Below, one piece after another: positions 1 to 12,287 of a DNA stretch of 64,000 nucleotides. The stretch lies in contig NIVC01002208.1 in the NCBI GenBank assembly GCA_002269645.1, positions 1 through 64,000 of the forward strand, written 5' to 3'. The notes under the pieces were generated by a model, which searched no databases, was not told the origin of the DNA, and worked only from the letters and a program-made list of their open reading frames with translations. Within the stretch, counting starts at the first letter, position 1. Every line of letters starts with the position of its first letter. The translations under genes and the position numbers were made by a program. The DNA is from Macrostomum lignano (lineage: Eukaryota).

Positions 1-484
1 TTGTACATTTTTGTCTCACTATAGGTGTCCGGCCTTCAACTTTACTGGCTCACCGAGTTTTATCTTCGTAGGCAGACCAATGTACAATGCACGTGTCAAA
101 GCTTGTTTTAATCTGTCCGCTTCAACTCCAACCCTGCAGTCTAATGCGTGCAGTATGACACATTTGCTCCACGCTGGAAAGAGGATTTCCTAATCTAAAA
201 AATAGACACAAAACTGTACACATAGCTACTGCATAGAAGTTAGAACTTAAGAACCCCCTGGCTTCCAGCTTATTTACCGGTATATATTTCAGTTGGATTT
301 GCCAGAATGACGTGTGCAAAAATGTTGGAAACTCGTGACGCTGTAGAAATTCTGTAGTAATTTGGTCTGTAAATGTACTTTTCATTTTTGTACATGCACA
401 TCAGATTATTATAATGCAAGCGCCCTGGGAGCAGTTTTTTACTTAGCTTCATCACTGGAACTCAACACCCTGAAACTGGAAGTC

Positions 485-1299
485 ATGTCTGACAGCATCG
501 TTGGATTGCAAGCTCCTGCACAAGTGCAGCGTGAGGATCTGAATTCCGAACTGTTGCAAAACCGCCTAGCATTTGTCCTTCACAACGTTCTTAACAAGTA
601 CGAGTGCGCCGCCGTGATTCGAGCTGCTGAAGGTGTCGGATTCAAGCCGGCCACAGTGCGCACTGGCTTCAAAACTATGGAGTACCAGCCAGACTTTCGC
701 GTTGGCGATAATTCCTACCTGACCGATGTGGACATCCGAGAAACGATTTTTTCAGCGCATCAGGCCGCACTTGCCGCCAAAGTTCGGCTTCGGTAAGCTG
801 GTTGGTCTCAACGAGCGCATGACTGTGCTGCGCTATGGTCCCGGCGGGTTCTTCGGCGAGCACAGGGACGGAACCTACATCACGGCAGATGACTCGCAAT
901 CAGCTTCATCACTGTCCAGCTCTATCTCAATGAAGGATTCGAAGGAGGCGAGACAACCTTCTTTCCAGATGGACTGATGCGCGCAGCGACAAGCCTGAAG
1001 ATCGTCGACGAGTGGCGATGATGCCCGCGCACACCGGTTCGGCAGTGATCTTCGAGCACAAGATTCTGCACGAGGGCAGCCTGGTGCAAAGCGGAGTAAA
1101 GTTCACACTTCGGGCTGACGTTCTCTACTCAAGGTATTATCCTCCAACTGGCACAGATTTTGATAGGGTCAATGGCAAGACGGATGAACCTACTGAATCA
1201 GGTTTTCCACCGATATCATTGAGTGAAAGACAGAGCTTGTGGTCCAGGTGTGCGCGTGCAATAGCAATCATACATGTGATGATGAGCTCTTTCACTTGA
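485..1299 (+). pseudogene. Intronless prolyl-4-hydroxylase-like 2OG-Fe(II) oxygenase, disrupted by three 1-bp indels (pseudogene or long-read error)
   Basis: Three frames join into one protein: ...FVLHNVLNKYEC...LNERMTVLRYGPGGFFGEHRDG (HxD)...ISFITVQLYLNEGFEGGETTF...GSAVIFEHKILHEG (distal His)...KFTLRADVLY. Indels lie in the T6 run at 747-752, the AA at about 898 and the CC at 965-966. The 3' end is uncertain. Confidence 0.8.
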
Positions 1300-2031
1300 C
1301 AAACACAAATATATTTCTATATCCTATGCAAATACTGTGCAAATCATAAAAATTAAAATAAAAAATTCAAGTTTATGCTACAGCCATTGCAAGAGAACGT
1401 TTATTAAAATTGATATAGTATTTTCATTGATTAACGTACTTTAGTTGTCCTTCCTTAGCCAAAAATTAAAGTCGTCCTTGTAATTTGGATAAAAACGTTC
1501 ACACAAGGAAAACGCGCAGACGAATATGTGAAGAATTTTACATTTCCCTGAACAATGTGACATTTCGATTGTATTTTTTTAACTTTTAAATAAAATATTC
1601 TTTGCAAATCGTCGTAGATATAGTTTTAGATGTATTTAAATGCCAATGAATAAAAATATCAATAAGTTTCCAGTGGGCGTTGTGTTGTTGGGAGACTTCG
1701 CGGTGCCGCGAAAAAGAGTTTAAAGTATTTATAGCGCAACATTTCTCAAACCACCAGTGCGTATATTGACTTATAAACCTTTAAAAAACGGCTTCTTTTT
1801 GTCATCTAAAAATATTTGTTTAAAACGAGACCAATAAAGAACTCGTGTGCACGCCAGCGAGTTTTTAGACGCGGTGGCCCTCCGATATCATTGTAACAGA
1901 AATAAAACTACTTTTCACCCTCTGAGTGTATTTGAGCACCTATGTTTTCATGGCTCTGCGGAGAAGAGTTCGAGATTGATTGTGTTTGAATAGGCTGTGA
2001 ATAGTTTTATTTTATAGGTCTAATTTTGAAT

Positions 2032-2667
2032 TAGTGTTCCGCCGTAAGGAGGGTCCATGTACCGTAGCCGTAGCCGTAAGCAAAACTACGGCTTACTCCA
2101 ATTCTCCGTATTCCGTAGCCGTAGGGACCCCGAAATTACCATATTCCCGTAGTTCCCGCAGCCGTAGCCGTAATAGTTTTAACAAAAAGTCTAAAAAAAC
2201 AAAATATTTTGAATCAAGAAGATAACCTAGTGCTTAAACAACTGCAAATTAAATTAGAAAATAAAAGAAACACTTAATTGCCTTTGTAAGATTTCGTCTT
2301 TTTTCAGAGCAACAATACTTTATCGTTACTGAAAGTACGAATGCTGAAATTTTTACAATAAAAAAATAGAGTTTGCTAGTGTTTTATTGTACTTTTTAGG
2401 TATACTTTATAAGTTTCTAGGTTGATAATACAGTTTACTAAAAGTATCTTTGTTTTACTCTATCTGCTTCTAATATTTTTTTCAATTTTTAACATTAATA
2501 ACTACGGGACCTACGGGAATCTACGGGAAGCAACTACCATATTTCCGTAGTCGTAGCCGTAAGAGCAGCTAGCTACCGTAGGCGTATCCGTAGCTGCCGT
2601 AGGCACCTATTTTACCGTATTTGCCGTAGGATCCCGTAGCCGTAGCTACGGCTACGGCGGAACACTA
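2032..2667. mobile_element. hAT-superfamily MITE (non-autonomous)
   Basis: 15-bp perfect TIR TAGTGTTCCGCCGTA / TACGGCGGAACACTA, exact 8-bp TSD TTTTGAAT (2024-2031 and 2668-2675), many subterminal CCGTAG/CTACGG motifs, AT-rich non-coding core. Confidence 0.9.
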
Positions 2668-4204
2668 TTTTGAATTTATAGGCCCCTATAAATTCCCTAT
2701 AATAAAATCCATGGTTTAATTATTAAACAGATAGAAGCATCTATTTGCAATCTAGGATCTGATCTGGCGATGCTTGATGGCTATCTGGCTATGTGTAGGC
2801 TATTCTGCACAACACAGTGCATGCATCACCTTACATAATAATAATATCAGCTGCATCACTTATTTGGCATGTGTCATAGTGTGATATGTCTAAGTTATGG
2901 ACCCATGATATAGGCTAGGCCTATAGGTAGGGCCTATCAAAGCTATCATATATCTATTTTTAGACAATTGTTTTTGCAATTGAACTATACAAAAGACCAA
3001 CTGAGACCACTCAAATAATTGTCTAAATTACTTTACTAGGCCTAGGCCCTAGGCCTAGTCAATTAGTAAAAAATAGGAAGTGCTTATCTTATCCTTAGGC
3101 TATAGATGCAGTCCCATGCCGATAATTCCAATTTTATTCACACAGATCCATGTGGATAATTTTCAGCTTGTCCCCATGGCAGCTTATTGAAATAGCTGCC
3201 ACTATTCAAGTCTATAGGCTATGTCAATAAGTCTAATTTTATCTACATAGATCTATCAATAATTTTTAGCTTAGGCCTATCCCCATGGCTAAGAATCTTT
3301 TCAATCTTTAAAAGACCAATTCTTTTAAAGATTCTAAATTCAATAGGACCTATGTAATAATAATAATAATAATAATAATGACAATATCAATTTTGAATAG
3401 AGTTAACAAGATGTTAAAATGACACTGTCATACTGTAGCTTCAATGGGGCCTGGAAAGTCATACAACATTATCATAACTGATATAACAATTATTTTAAGC
3501 TAGGCCTATGCAATATATAAATTACAATAAAAATACTAATATGTAGATGTAGCAATATTTAACATTAGTACACAAAACTAAACACAAACAACTGCATAAT
3601 CTTAGGCTAATTCCAATATTTAACATTAGTACACAAAACTAAACACAAACAACTGCATAATCTTGTTTGTCTATAATATATAGACAACGGCTAAGATTAT
3701 GCAGTTGTTTGTGTTTAGTTTTGTGTATTTAGGCTAAGATTATGCAGTTGTTTGTGTTTAGTTTTGTGTACTAATGTTAAATATTGCTACATCTACATAT
3801 TAGTCTTTTTTATTGTAATATATATTGGCGCATGACCAAGATGGCCACACACCAAGATGGCCACAGCTCTGAATGGCTGCTTGGATAGGAATAGGTCTAT
3901 ATATTTCCTCATTTCCTATTGGCTGTGATTGGGGTGGGGTATGACGTAGCTTCAAGTCTCGGAGAAGACAGATTTTGTTAGTGAAATTAGACTAAGTAAA
4001 ACAAAAAACACTTCCCTTTACAGCAGGTATTACTACCTACTAAAGCTAGTAGCACTACTAGCACAAGACATTTGATTTTTGTATCATGGATAATAGTTTC
4101 AAACGTATCTCAATATACTAAAACTGACGTGTTGTTTGTATATGTTAAAAGTTAAAGGTAGAGGGTAAAGGTATTAGTTATGATAGAAGTAAGCAAAAAT
4201 TGGA

Positions 4205-6380
4205 GTGCCTCTTGTCTCTCATCTTTTCTCTCATCTCTGCACTCTCGTCTCTTTTCTTTTCTCTGTCATTTCTGCCCTCTCGTCTCTAATCTTTTCTCTC
4301 TCTCTCTCATCTCTGCCCTCTCCTCTCTCATCTCTTGCCCTCTCCTCTCTTATCTATTCTCTCTCATGTCTGCCCTGTTCTCTCTTTTCTCTCTCATCTC
4401 TGCCCTCTCCTGTATCATCTTTCTCTCTCTCATCTCTGCCTTCTCCTCTCATCTCTTGCCCTCTCTCTCATCTATTCTCTCTCTCATGTCTGCCCTCTTC
4501 TCTCATCTTTTCTCTCTCATGTCTGCCCTCTCCTCTCATCAACTCTCTTCTCCTTTATTCCTTCGCCTCTCCTTTATCCTATGCTTGTATTTCTCTTCTC
4601 TATTCCTTACCCTCTCTCCTCACCTCTGGCCCGCTCTGTCATCAGGACTCCTCGCTTCGCTTTGGGGGCCAACGAAGCAGACTAGAAGGGCAGTCATGAG
4701 CTGGGTTCTCAATCGAGGTAAAAAGTTTGCCAACCCCTGCACTAAAAGCAGCTTAGTCACATTAGATAAAAACTACATGTATAGTGGAATGGGATTGAGA
4801 ACAACGTGAACTAGCCTCTCTACTCTCAACCTCTCTATTCTCAGCCTCTCCACTGTCAGCCTCTATCTACTCTCAGCCTCTATCCACTCTCAACCTCTAT
4901 CCCCAGCCCTCTCTACTCTCAGCCCCTCTCTGCTCTCAGCCCCTCTCTGCTCTCAGCCCCTCTCTGCTCTCAGCCCCTCTCTGCTCTCAGCCCCTCTCTG
5001 CTCTCAGCCTCTCTCTACTCTCAGCCTCTACTTTCATCTTCTCTCTCAGCTCAGCTTATATCTAGTTCTAAAATCTGAAGTCATACTCAAACAAAAACTT
5101 GTCTTTCGAAAACATGTATCGGCAAAATCTCTGGCCTCCTGTCTCTCTCTATGTCCCTCGGATCCTTTGAAACTCTATCTTCTCTTTTGTTTCCTCTCTC
5201 TTCTCTCTCTCTCTTCTCTTCTCTTCTTTCCTATCTCCTCTCTTCCATCTTCTCTCGTCATATCTTCCCTCACCTTTCTTCTCTTTCATCTTTGCTCTCT
5301 CTTTGCTCTTTGCTAAGAGCCAAAGACTATTCTAAAAAATCACTGGAAGGAGCATGGAGGCCTTGGAGCCCCATGTGTGAAGGCCATGTCATGTCATTAA
5401 AGATTATAGGACTGAGAAAATTTATTTATTAGGAGTTAGTCTCCCGTTCGACCCCCGCTGAGTGGCAGAATGGAAGTCAGCCCGTGATTGCTTAATCCCC
5501 TCCCAATTAGCGTATTGAAAGATTGCTCGTGTTGCCCTTGGATACCGCTTTTCGCTTATTTACGTGCGCTTTCCATCATATTCAAACTATGTTGTGACTC
5601 CGTTCTCATGTGGCGATGTTTAAATATCTAGGATTTGAGCTCGAACTTTGAGCTCAAATTTGAGCTCGTACGGTATGTGTTTATTCCCTATAAGTCAATA
5701 TTATCTTGGAAACCGGAAAAATTTCTATGGGTCTGCCCCGCAGGAGGTCCTGCCCCGCTGTTTTAAAATTTTGTAGGAACAATGGAAGTCTGGGACTGTT
5801 AAAATTAGCACATTTCAGTTTGATTTCTCGTGTTTGTTCGCACCTCGTAGGTCAGTGCGAAATTCTCAATTCTCTCTCCTCTATCATCTCGACCCTCTCT
5901 CCTATTATTTATTTCCTGTCTTATCTCCTCTCTCTCATCTCTCATCTGTACTCTCCTTTAACATCTCTCCTCTTTTTTCCCAACTCTCCCAACTCTTCTC
6001 TCAACTTTCTCCCCTTTACTCTTTCACCTCCCCTCTCTACTCTCCTCCCTCTCATCTCTCCTGCTCTCCCATCTCTCTTCTCCTTTCTACTCTCTCCCTT
6101 CTCCATTCTTCTATTTCCTCTCATCTCTCTTCTCTCCCTTCCACTCTCTTCCTGTCCTCTCGATTCTCCCCTTTATTCTCCTTTCTCCTTCACTCCACTT
6201 CTCTCCCATTGTCTCTCATGTCTGCTCTCACATATTTCTCTTCTCTCTCCACTCGTCTCTATAATCTCTTCCCTCTCCTCTCTCCTCTGTTCTAGCTCTA
6301 CTGTCTCATTTCTCGTCTCTGCTTTCTCATCTCTCCTTTCTCCTCTTTAATCTCTCCTATCTGATCTCTTCTCTCTTCTG
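4205..6380. repeat. CT-rich low-complexity tracts (4205-4620, 5150-5300, 5870-6380) and a 17-bp CTCTCAGCCCCTCTCTG minisatellite (4810-5040) inside the MULE
   Basis: Repeats are directly visible. The Ser/Leu ORFs over them are compositional artefacts. Confidence 0.85.
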
Positions 6381-7406
6381 TTTGTATCAGACTTGTGTCT
6401 GTACATGTATTTAGAGGTTCGGCTTAATTTGACGAGATTTCAGAATTGTCAGACTTTGATTGAAGCCTTGCGTCTCTTGGGTATCAGTACTTGCTGAAAA
6501 ATACATGCATCTCATATCTGTGCAAATTTGCCGCAGTGCATAAAGAGTACAAATGATATTTACATAAATAAATCTGAGGCTTCATGCTAAGTGCTGCATG
6601 CAGATTCACTATATTGAGTTATTTTTTTACGAGCCAAATTGTTATCATGGTTACCAACCATAGCAGTTGGCTAAAAATGTTAAAACTGAAAAAAGATTGC
6701 AACGAAAAATAACGATATGGCTGATTTGAGGTGAGCTGTTTTATATAGATAGATTTTTATCTCCACGCAAGCCAGTCAGTTATTTAGACTATTTATGACT
6801 TCCAATCGTATCGTATCAGTTGTCATATCGTACAGGCCACAATTGAAAAAAATGTTGCTCTAGGGTTGGCTTGAGTGTAACGATCCGTGACCATAAATTA
6901 AGTCTTTGCTCATTCAAGCTTGAATTGAAAGCAACCCCGCCTACCTTTTGTATTCAACTTAAACAAATTAATACGGCTCGTATGTGAACTCAATAGAAGT
7001 GGAAATCAAAAATAAAAACACTGCATCAGTTGCCACCCATTCACGATACTTCATATTATTTCTAGATACCAACGGATTGACAACAGTTTGTAGCAATGAA
7101 TAAATTGTTTTTCTATGAAATCTTTCATCAGGCCTAGCTGTTCTGCGAATGTGGGTGCAAAAGGTATCTCATATCTGCATTTTAATAGCTCGTATACGTA
7201 GCTCATATAATATCATGCATAATGATGGGGATGATGGGATGATGATGAATTACGGAGGCAGAAGTGCACTGAGTCACACATACATGCAGTGACTAGCCCA
7301 AGTAAAGGCTGTTTGCTCTGTAAGTGCGACGCAATGAACCCCCCATCCCAAATTTGAGCGTAAAACAAAGTGTAAAATCTGGCAAGAAATGTGCACGGTG
7401 ATTCTA

Positions 7407-7645
7407 AGGTACGGTGGCATGGATAGATGACAAAGTTCAAGCAAATTATAGCAATGGGTGCAGTACAAATAAGTAAGTGCGGATTTTTTGGCTTTTTTAA
7501 CTCATTATGATCTGAAATGGCAATAAGGTACGGGTGGCATGGATAGATGACAAAGTTCAAGCAAATTATAGCAATGGGTGCAGTACAAATAAGTAAGTGC
7601 GGATTTTTTGGCTTTTTTAACTCGTTATGATCTGAAATGGCAATA
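7407..7645. repeat. Near-perfect tandem duplication of about 120 bp downstream of the transposase
   Basis: AAGGTACGG(G)TGGCATGGATAGATGACAAAG...GATCTGAAATGGCAAT occurs twice, head to tail. Confidence 0.85.
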
Positions 7646-7680
7646 GATTTGGGCGGGCGGCTTGGGTAGTTGATGAGTTT

Positions 7681-8670
7681 TTAAGCCTCCTCGTCTGCAG
7701 GCTGCTGTACCTGCCAGACAGGCTGAGTGTGCAGATGGCTGCAGGCCCTTAGAAAAGCCGCAATTGAAAGTGTACTTTCTCTAAGATGTCTGCAATGCGT
7801 CTCGAAGGCAGCATTCACTCGTGCGTACCTGGCATGCACCTGCTGGTGATGAGTAACAGCCTGGCCCCCGTGAACTTGCTGCTGTAGCCGTCGTACCTGT
7901 TCAGCATCACGCTCTAGCAGGTCCAGCAGAAGGTAGAAGTTCAGCGGTTTCTGTCCACGCTTGTTGAGTTGACCATGCCAGGCTTCTACGTCGTTGTTGG
8001 TCCTCTTGTACTGCTCGAAGACGCAGATAGCATCATGGTCCCAGATGGGATGCTGCAGCCAGGTAGTGCGCACATACTCGGCTAGCTGTAGGAGTAGCTC
8101 ATTACCTATTGCCAGTTGAATGCAGGCTGCCAGACCATCAAGCATACAAGCGGACGGCAAGCATGGAATCGAGAGAAGCATGCGTACAACCAACTTAACT
8201 GCTGGAACAGTGGAATACTGCACCTGAAGGCCAAGATTTTGGACACGCCTGAAGACAGCTTGACAATAATGGAAGAAGCAGCCGCGAACTTGCGCACCTG
8301 GATATACCAGCCAAATTGCTTGCCAAGCAGCAGCTTCAAAGTCACAGGTGAACTTGATTGGCGCATTACCTGTTGACTCCCAAAGGCAACAAAAGCAGGC
8401 TTGATAATCAGCTTGAGCCTTACCGGACATCAAAAAGAAGGCAAGTGGTACCAGCCTTTCCTGCCCATCAAAGCGAATCGCGCCGTGTACACTGTAAAGC
8501 TGTTTGAAAGGTGCCTTGACAATGCTAAAAGTTCCGTCGCACTTCAAGATTCGTCGGGTTGACGGTGCACATGCACGGTGCTGCCAATTCAAGCATTGAG
8601 AACACTCAATTGCTTCTTGTCCATCGCAAACTGGCTGCAGACAGACTACACATGGATATGCGCCTGCCAT
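7681..8670 (-). CDS. MULE transposase (internally deleted form) with a partial N-terminal PHD finger, 329 aa
   Basis: DGTF (D1), FTCDFE (D2), GCFFH (CxxH) and TNNDVEAWHG (E) are the Mutator transposase signature. The N-terminal CVVC...CSQCLNWQHRAC matches a PHD finger lacking its last CxxC. Confidence 0.9.
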   Translation of the reverse strand: MAGAYPCVVCLQPVCDGQEAIECSQCLNWQHRACAPSTRRILKCDGTFSIVKAPFKQLYSVHGAIRFDGQERLVPLAFFLMSGKAQADYQACFCCLWESTGNAPIKFTCDFEAAAWQAIWLVYPGAQVRGCFFHYCQAVFRRVQNLGLQVQYSTVPAVKLVVRMLLSIPCLPSACMLDGLAACIQLAIGNELLLQLAEYVRTTWLQHPIWDHDAICVFEQYKRTNNDVEAWHGQLNKRGQKPLNFYLLLDLLERDAEQVRRLQQQVHGGQAVTHHQQVHARYARVNAAFETHCRHLRESTLSIAAFLRACSHLHTQPVWQVQQPADEEA

Positions 8671-11600
8671 TTTGTATCTAAGTGCTTAGACTGCTGTCAG
8701 TGAATAAGACAGATGAATTTTGAACAGGGCATGAAATTTACCCAGTTTTTATCCCTTTAAACAAGTAAATTAGTCTCGACCAATAAGAGAAATGGAAAAA
8801 GCTACACCAGATTTTATATGAAGAAGAGATTTGTTTAATACGAAATATGTTTACACCTCTTAGGGGCCTACTATAAGTAGGAAATTAAGACTCGTAACCA
8901 TTTTTGTCTTTAGCCCTGCAATAAACTAATAAAATTTTGACTGCCTGTCTAAACCCCCCCATTGCAACCCCACATCTCCCCACCCGAAGCTATCCAATAG
9001 TAAACCAGCTGTCATTTTCCGTGACCCCCACCCCAGCTGTGGCCATCTTGGTGTGTGGCCATCTTGGTCTTACACCTATATATTGCATAGGCCTAGCTTA
9101 AAATAATTGTTATATCAGTTATGATAATGTTGTATGACTTTCCAGGCCCCATTGAAGCTACAGTATGACAGTGTCATTTGAACATCTTATTAACTCTATT
9201 CAAAATTGATATTGTCATTATTATTATTATTATTATTACATAGGTCCTATTGAATTTAGAATTTTGCAAGTCTCATTTGCCTTGATCTTGAGGTCACTTG
9301 GTTGTTTTAAGCAAAGCTAGCAGCTAAGCAAGTATTTAAATTTAATTTCTAAACAAGAAATTAAACATGATAATTAGTGCATCAATAGTATTCAATTAAT
9401 ATTGACAAAACCAATATCAACTTTTTTATCAATTTAATTAGGCCCTAGCAACTTTCATAACAAACTATTTTCTAGTATCTAAGTAAAAAACTACAAAGAA
9501 ATTTTTGTGCCACACACAAAGAAGCAGTTAGTTAGTATGTTTTAAACCCTTTTAACAACAAAAAAGTTTTAACAAAAACTAAATTGGCCTACTATTCAGT
9601 ATTTAGTAGTTTATTTGGAAGATTTATAAAACAGTAAGAACAAAAAGACAGTTTTTAAATAGATTTATTTTATTTTATTTTAACTCTATTCCAATAAGCT
9701 GCCATATGGATAAGCTAAAAATTATCAGCATAGATCCGTGTCAATAAAATTGGAATTATTGATACAACCTATAGACTTGAATGGTGGCAGCTATTTCAAT
9801 AAGCTGTCGTGGGGATAAGTTGAAAATTATTGACATAGTCTATAGACTTGAATAGTGGTAGCTATTTCAATAAGCTGCTATAGGGACACATAAATTGAAA
9901 TTATTGACACAGCCTATAGACTTGAATGTTGGCAGCTATTTTAACAAGCTGCCATAGGGATAAACTGAAAATCACTAACATGGATCCATATAAATAAAAT
10001 TGGAATTATTGGCATGGGATTGTAGGGATAAACACTTCCAAAAAATAATCTGTTAGCCTAGGCCTATATATAGATATAGTTTTCTTCATTGAAATTTTTT
10101 GATTGAATTTCTAATGAACAAGCTAGGCTTAAAATGAGTATATTCTAGGTTTTTGTATGCTGAGTATGCATTATATGCACCCTGAATTTTGAAATTGTAC
10201 TCTTAAATTGAAAAAGTGAATATAGTTTAAGTGTGGTCTCACAACTTATTTTCTATTTAAGCCTCATTTACACTGCCTTAAAATAGGCCTAAGATCTAGA
10301 AAACAAGACAAGAAGTCAAGGTAGTCTTTGGATATTAATATTAGAAAATATATATACATATGTCTATATGATTTCCATGCTTTTTGACCTTTTGTTGATT
10401 GTTGCTTGTGCTTTTTGGTACTTGACATTTGGTATCCTAGGTATCCCAGCTTTTCAATGCCCCAGTTTATGATGCCTAAATAATAAAAAGGGCATTATGG
10501 CAATATCCTAGTTTCTAGCTTTAAATTATTTTTAATTTGATACCAGATTTTAAACAATGAATTGAAATATATTTAATAAAGTATACTTAAGATATGTGCA
10601 AGTCTAAACTATGAAGGTCTTAAAAGCAGTATTATATAGTATAGTAGGCCTAATAATGTAATGGGTTACCTAGTACAGAAAGTTGAGGCACTTCTTTTGG
10701 AATAGTCAATACTAGAAGAACTTGCTGAGATGGGAGTCAAAAAAATCAAAAAGGTTATCACTAGTGCTATTCATTTGTAACTTTAGATATAATTTTTATA
10801 GTTAGGCCTAACTTGAACTTTAAGCATATATGTGCTTTTACTTGTTTAAGACTAAAAGCTATACTTTTACTAATATATACTTAAGTAAATTTGTTTTAGT
10901 TCATTTGTTTAAAGTTCAGTGTGAAAATAATTTAATATGGGAAACTAGGACATTGGCTAAAAATTAATCTAATAACAATGTAGTAAATACTCTATAAAAC
11001 TTTTTATTTTCCTAAGAAAAGCAGTTTCTATCCATTTTATTTAATTGATATTTTTATAGATTTGAAAAATGAAATGAATTTTTTAAACCAATTTTATATG
11101 AAAATATCTGATAGAACTGATTTAAATACTGAATAATGCTAAATACATATATATTTGTGAATAATATCCTTTTAGTAGCCTTTGATCAATAGGCCATCAT
11201 CTTTATTTATTCAATAAAAAGTGCACCTAGACCAAATGCTAACTCTACTCTTCAAGTTTATAGGAATTAACACCCTGGAATCTATGATCTATAAACTTGA
11301 TTCCTAATGTTTTTTTCTCCAAAAGCCTGAACACAACTTGCCTTTGATTGCTTAAGCACCCCTGCCTTTCCTCAAGATGTGCCACATGTTGTCTCATCAT
11401 TAATTCCCTCCTCTCATTTATGAGTCTCAAGTCCACAACCCCTAGCACTGTCAACTCTTCAAACTTGAACTTCTTAATCTTCCATTTTTTAAGCCTTCTC
11501 AAATCTTAACATAATATACTCAATTGTTATGCCTTTAATCCCTCTGCCTTTCCTTAGAGCACAACTATCACTAATTCTTTTCTTTCATTTATAAGCCATA

Positions 11601-12287
11601 ATAATAATACTTTACTTTTTTTGTTCCAAATATTTGTTCCATAGCAAAGCAATTATTCAGTATTCAGATTGTCAACTTTCCATTTCCAATTTAAATTTTA
11701 TTTTTGGTCAATTTAATTCAATTTTGAGTATACCAAATATTTATCTATTGTATATTTCTTCGATTTCAAAAAATATTTTTGATTTAATTGCATTTGCTAT
11801 ATCCAAATGGATATATTTGAAAGACAAAGAAAACATTATCTTATATATTCCAAATAAAAGTACTAAACTATGCCTCAAAAATTGTCAAAAAAGCTTTTGA
11901 GTTGTCTTAATGACAACATTTTTGAAACTCTTCTATTTGTATAAAGTCCATTATCTATATGAAATAAAGCAGACCAAAATATTGATCAGTTTTATAGAAA
12001 TTGCTCTATTGTTAATATTATATCCTAGGCCTATTTCACTATAATAAAGGTCTTTTTATTTTAGAAATATTGTTGAGCAAAATTATTGCTTTTTCAAATT
12101 TATCAGATGTTTTTCACTTTCAAATAAATAAAAATGAAAGTTAAATTTTTAAGTTAAAAGTGAAAGTTCAAATTGAAAGTTGAAAGTTAAAAATTAAAAA
12201 TTGAAATAATTTAAAATATTTTCAATTTTAATGAAAAATGATATGTTCATTAGCTTTCAAATCTCCAATGTTTTCTGTTCCAGTGCA

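Larger units (their letters stand above)
3827..9076 (-). mobile_element. Mutator-like (MULE) DNA transposon, about 5.25 kb
   Basis: 42-bp TIRs (3827-3868 and 9035-9076; GG.G.A.GACCAAGATGGCCACACACCAAGATGGCCACAGCT), TSD TATATATT (8 bp; 9 bp TATATATTG if the left end is placed at 3828), and an internal MULE transposase ORF. Confidence 0.9.
3075..10040. mobile_element. Foldback-like element with long modular inverted repeats, interrupted by the MULE
   Basis: Outer inverted pair at about 3075-3230 vs 9900-10040, with the subunit tandemly repeated at 9690-10020. Inner palindrome: left arm 3331-3665, right arm 3690-3826 continuing at 9085-9262. Confidence 0.65.

Noticed and set aside
740-970. Programmed ribosomal frameshifting in the 2OG oxygenase
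   Set aside because: It would need three shifts in different directions with no slippery heptamer or stimulatory structure; indel error or decay is simpler.
4180-6350. Ser/Leu-rich membrane-protein-like ORFs
   Set aside because: CT low-complexity DNA inside the MULE.
11245-11900. Short ORFs in the AT-rich block as a transposase remnant
   Set aside because: No motif I can recognise with confidence, and adjacent frames contain multiple stops.
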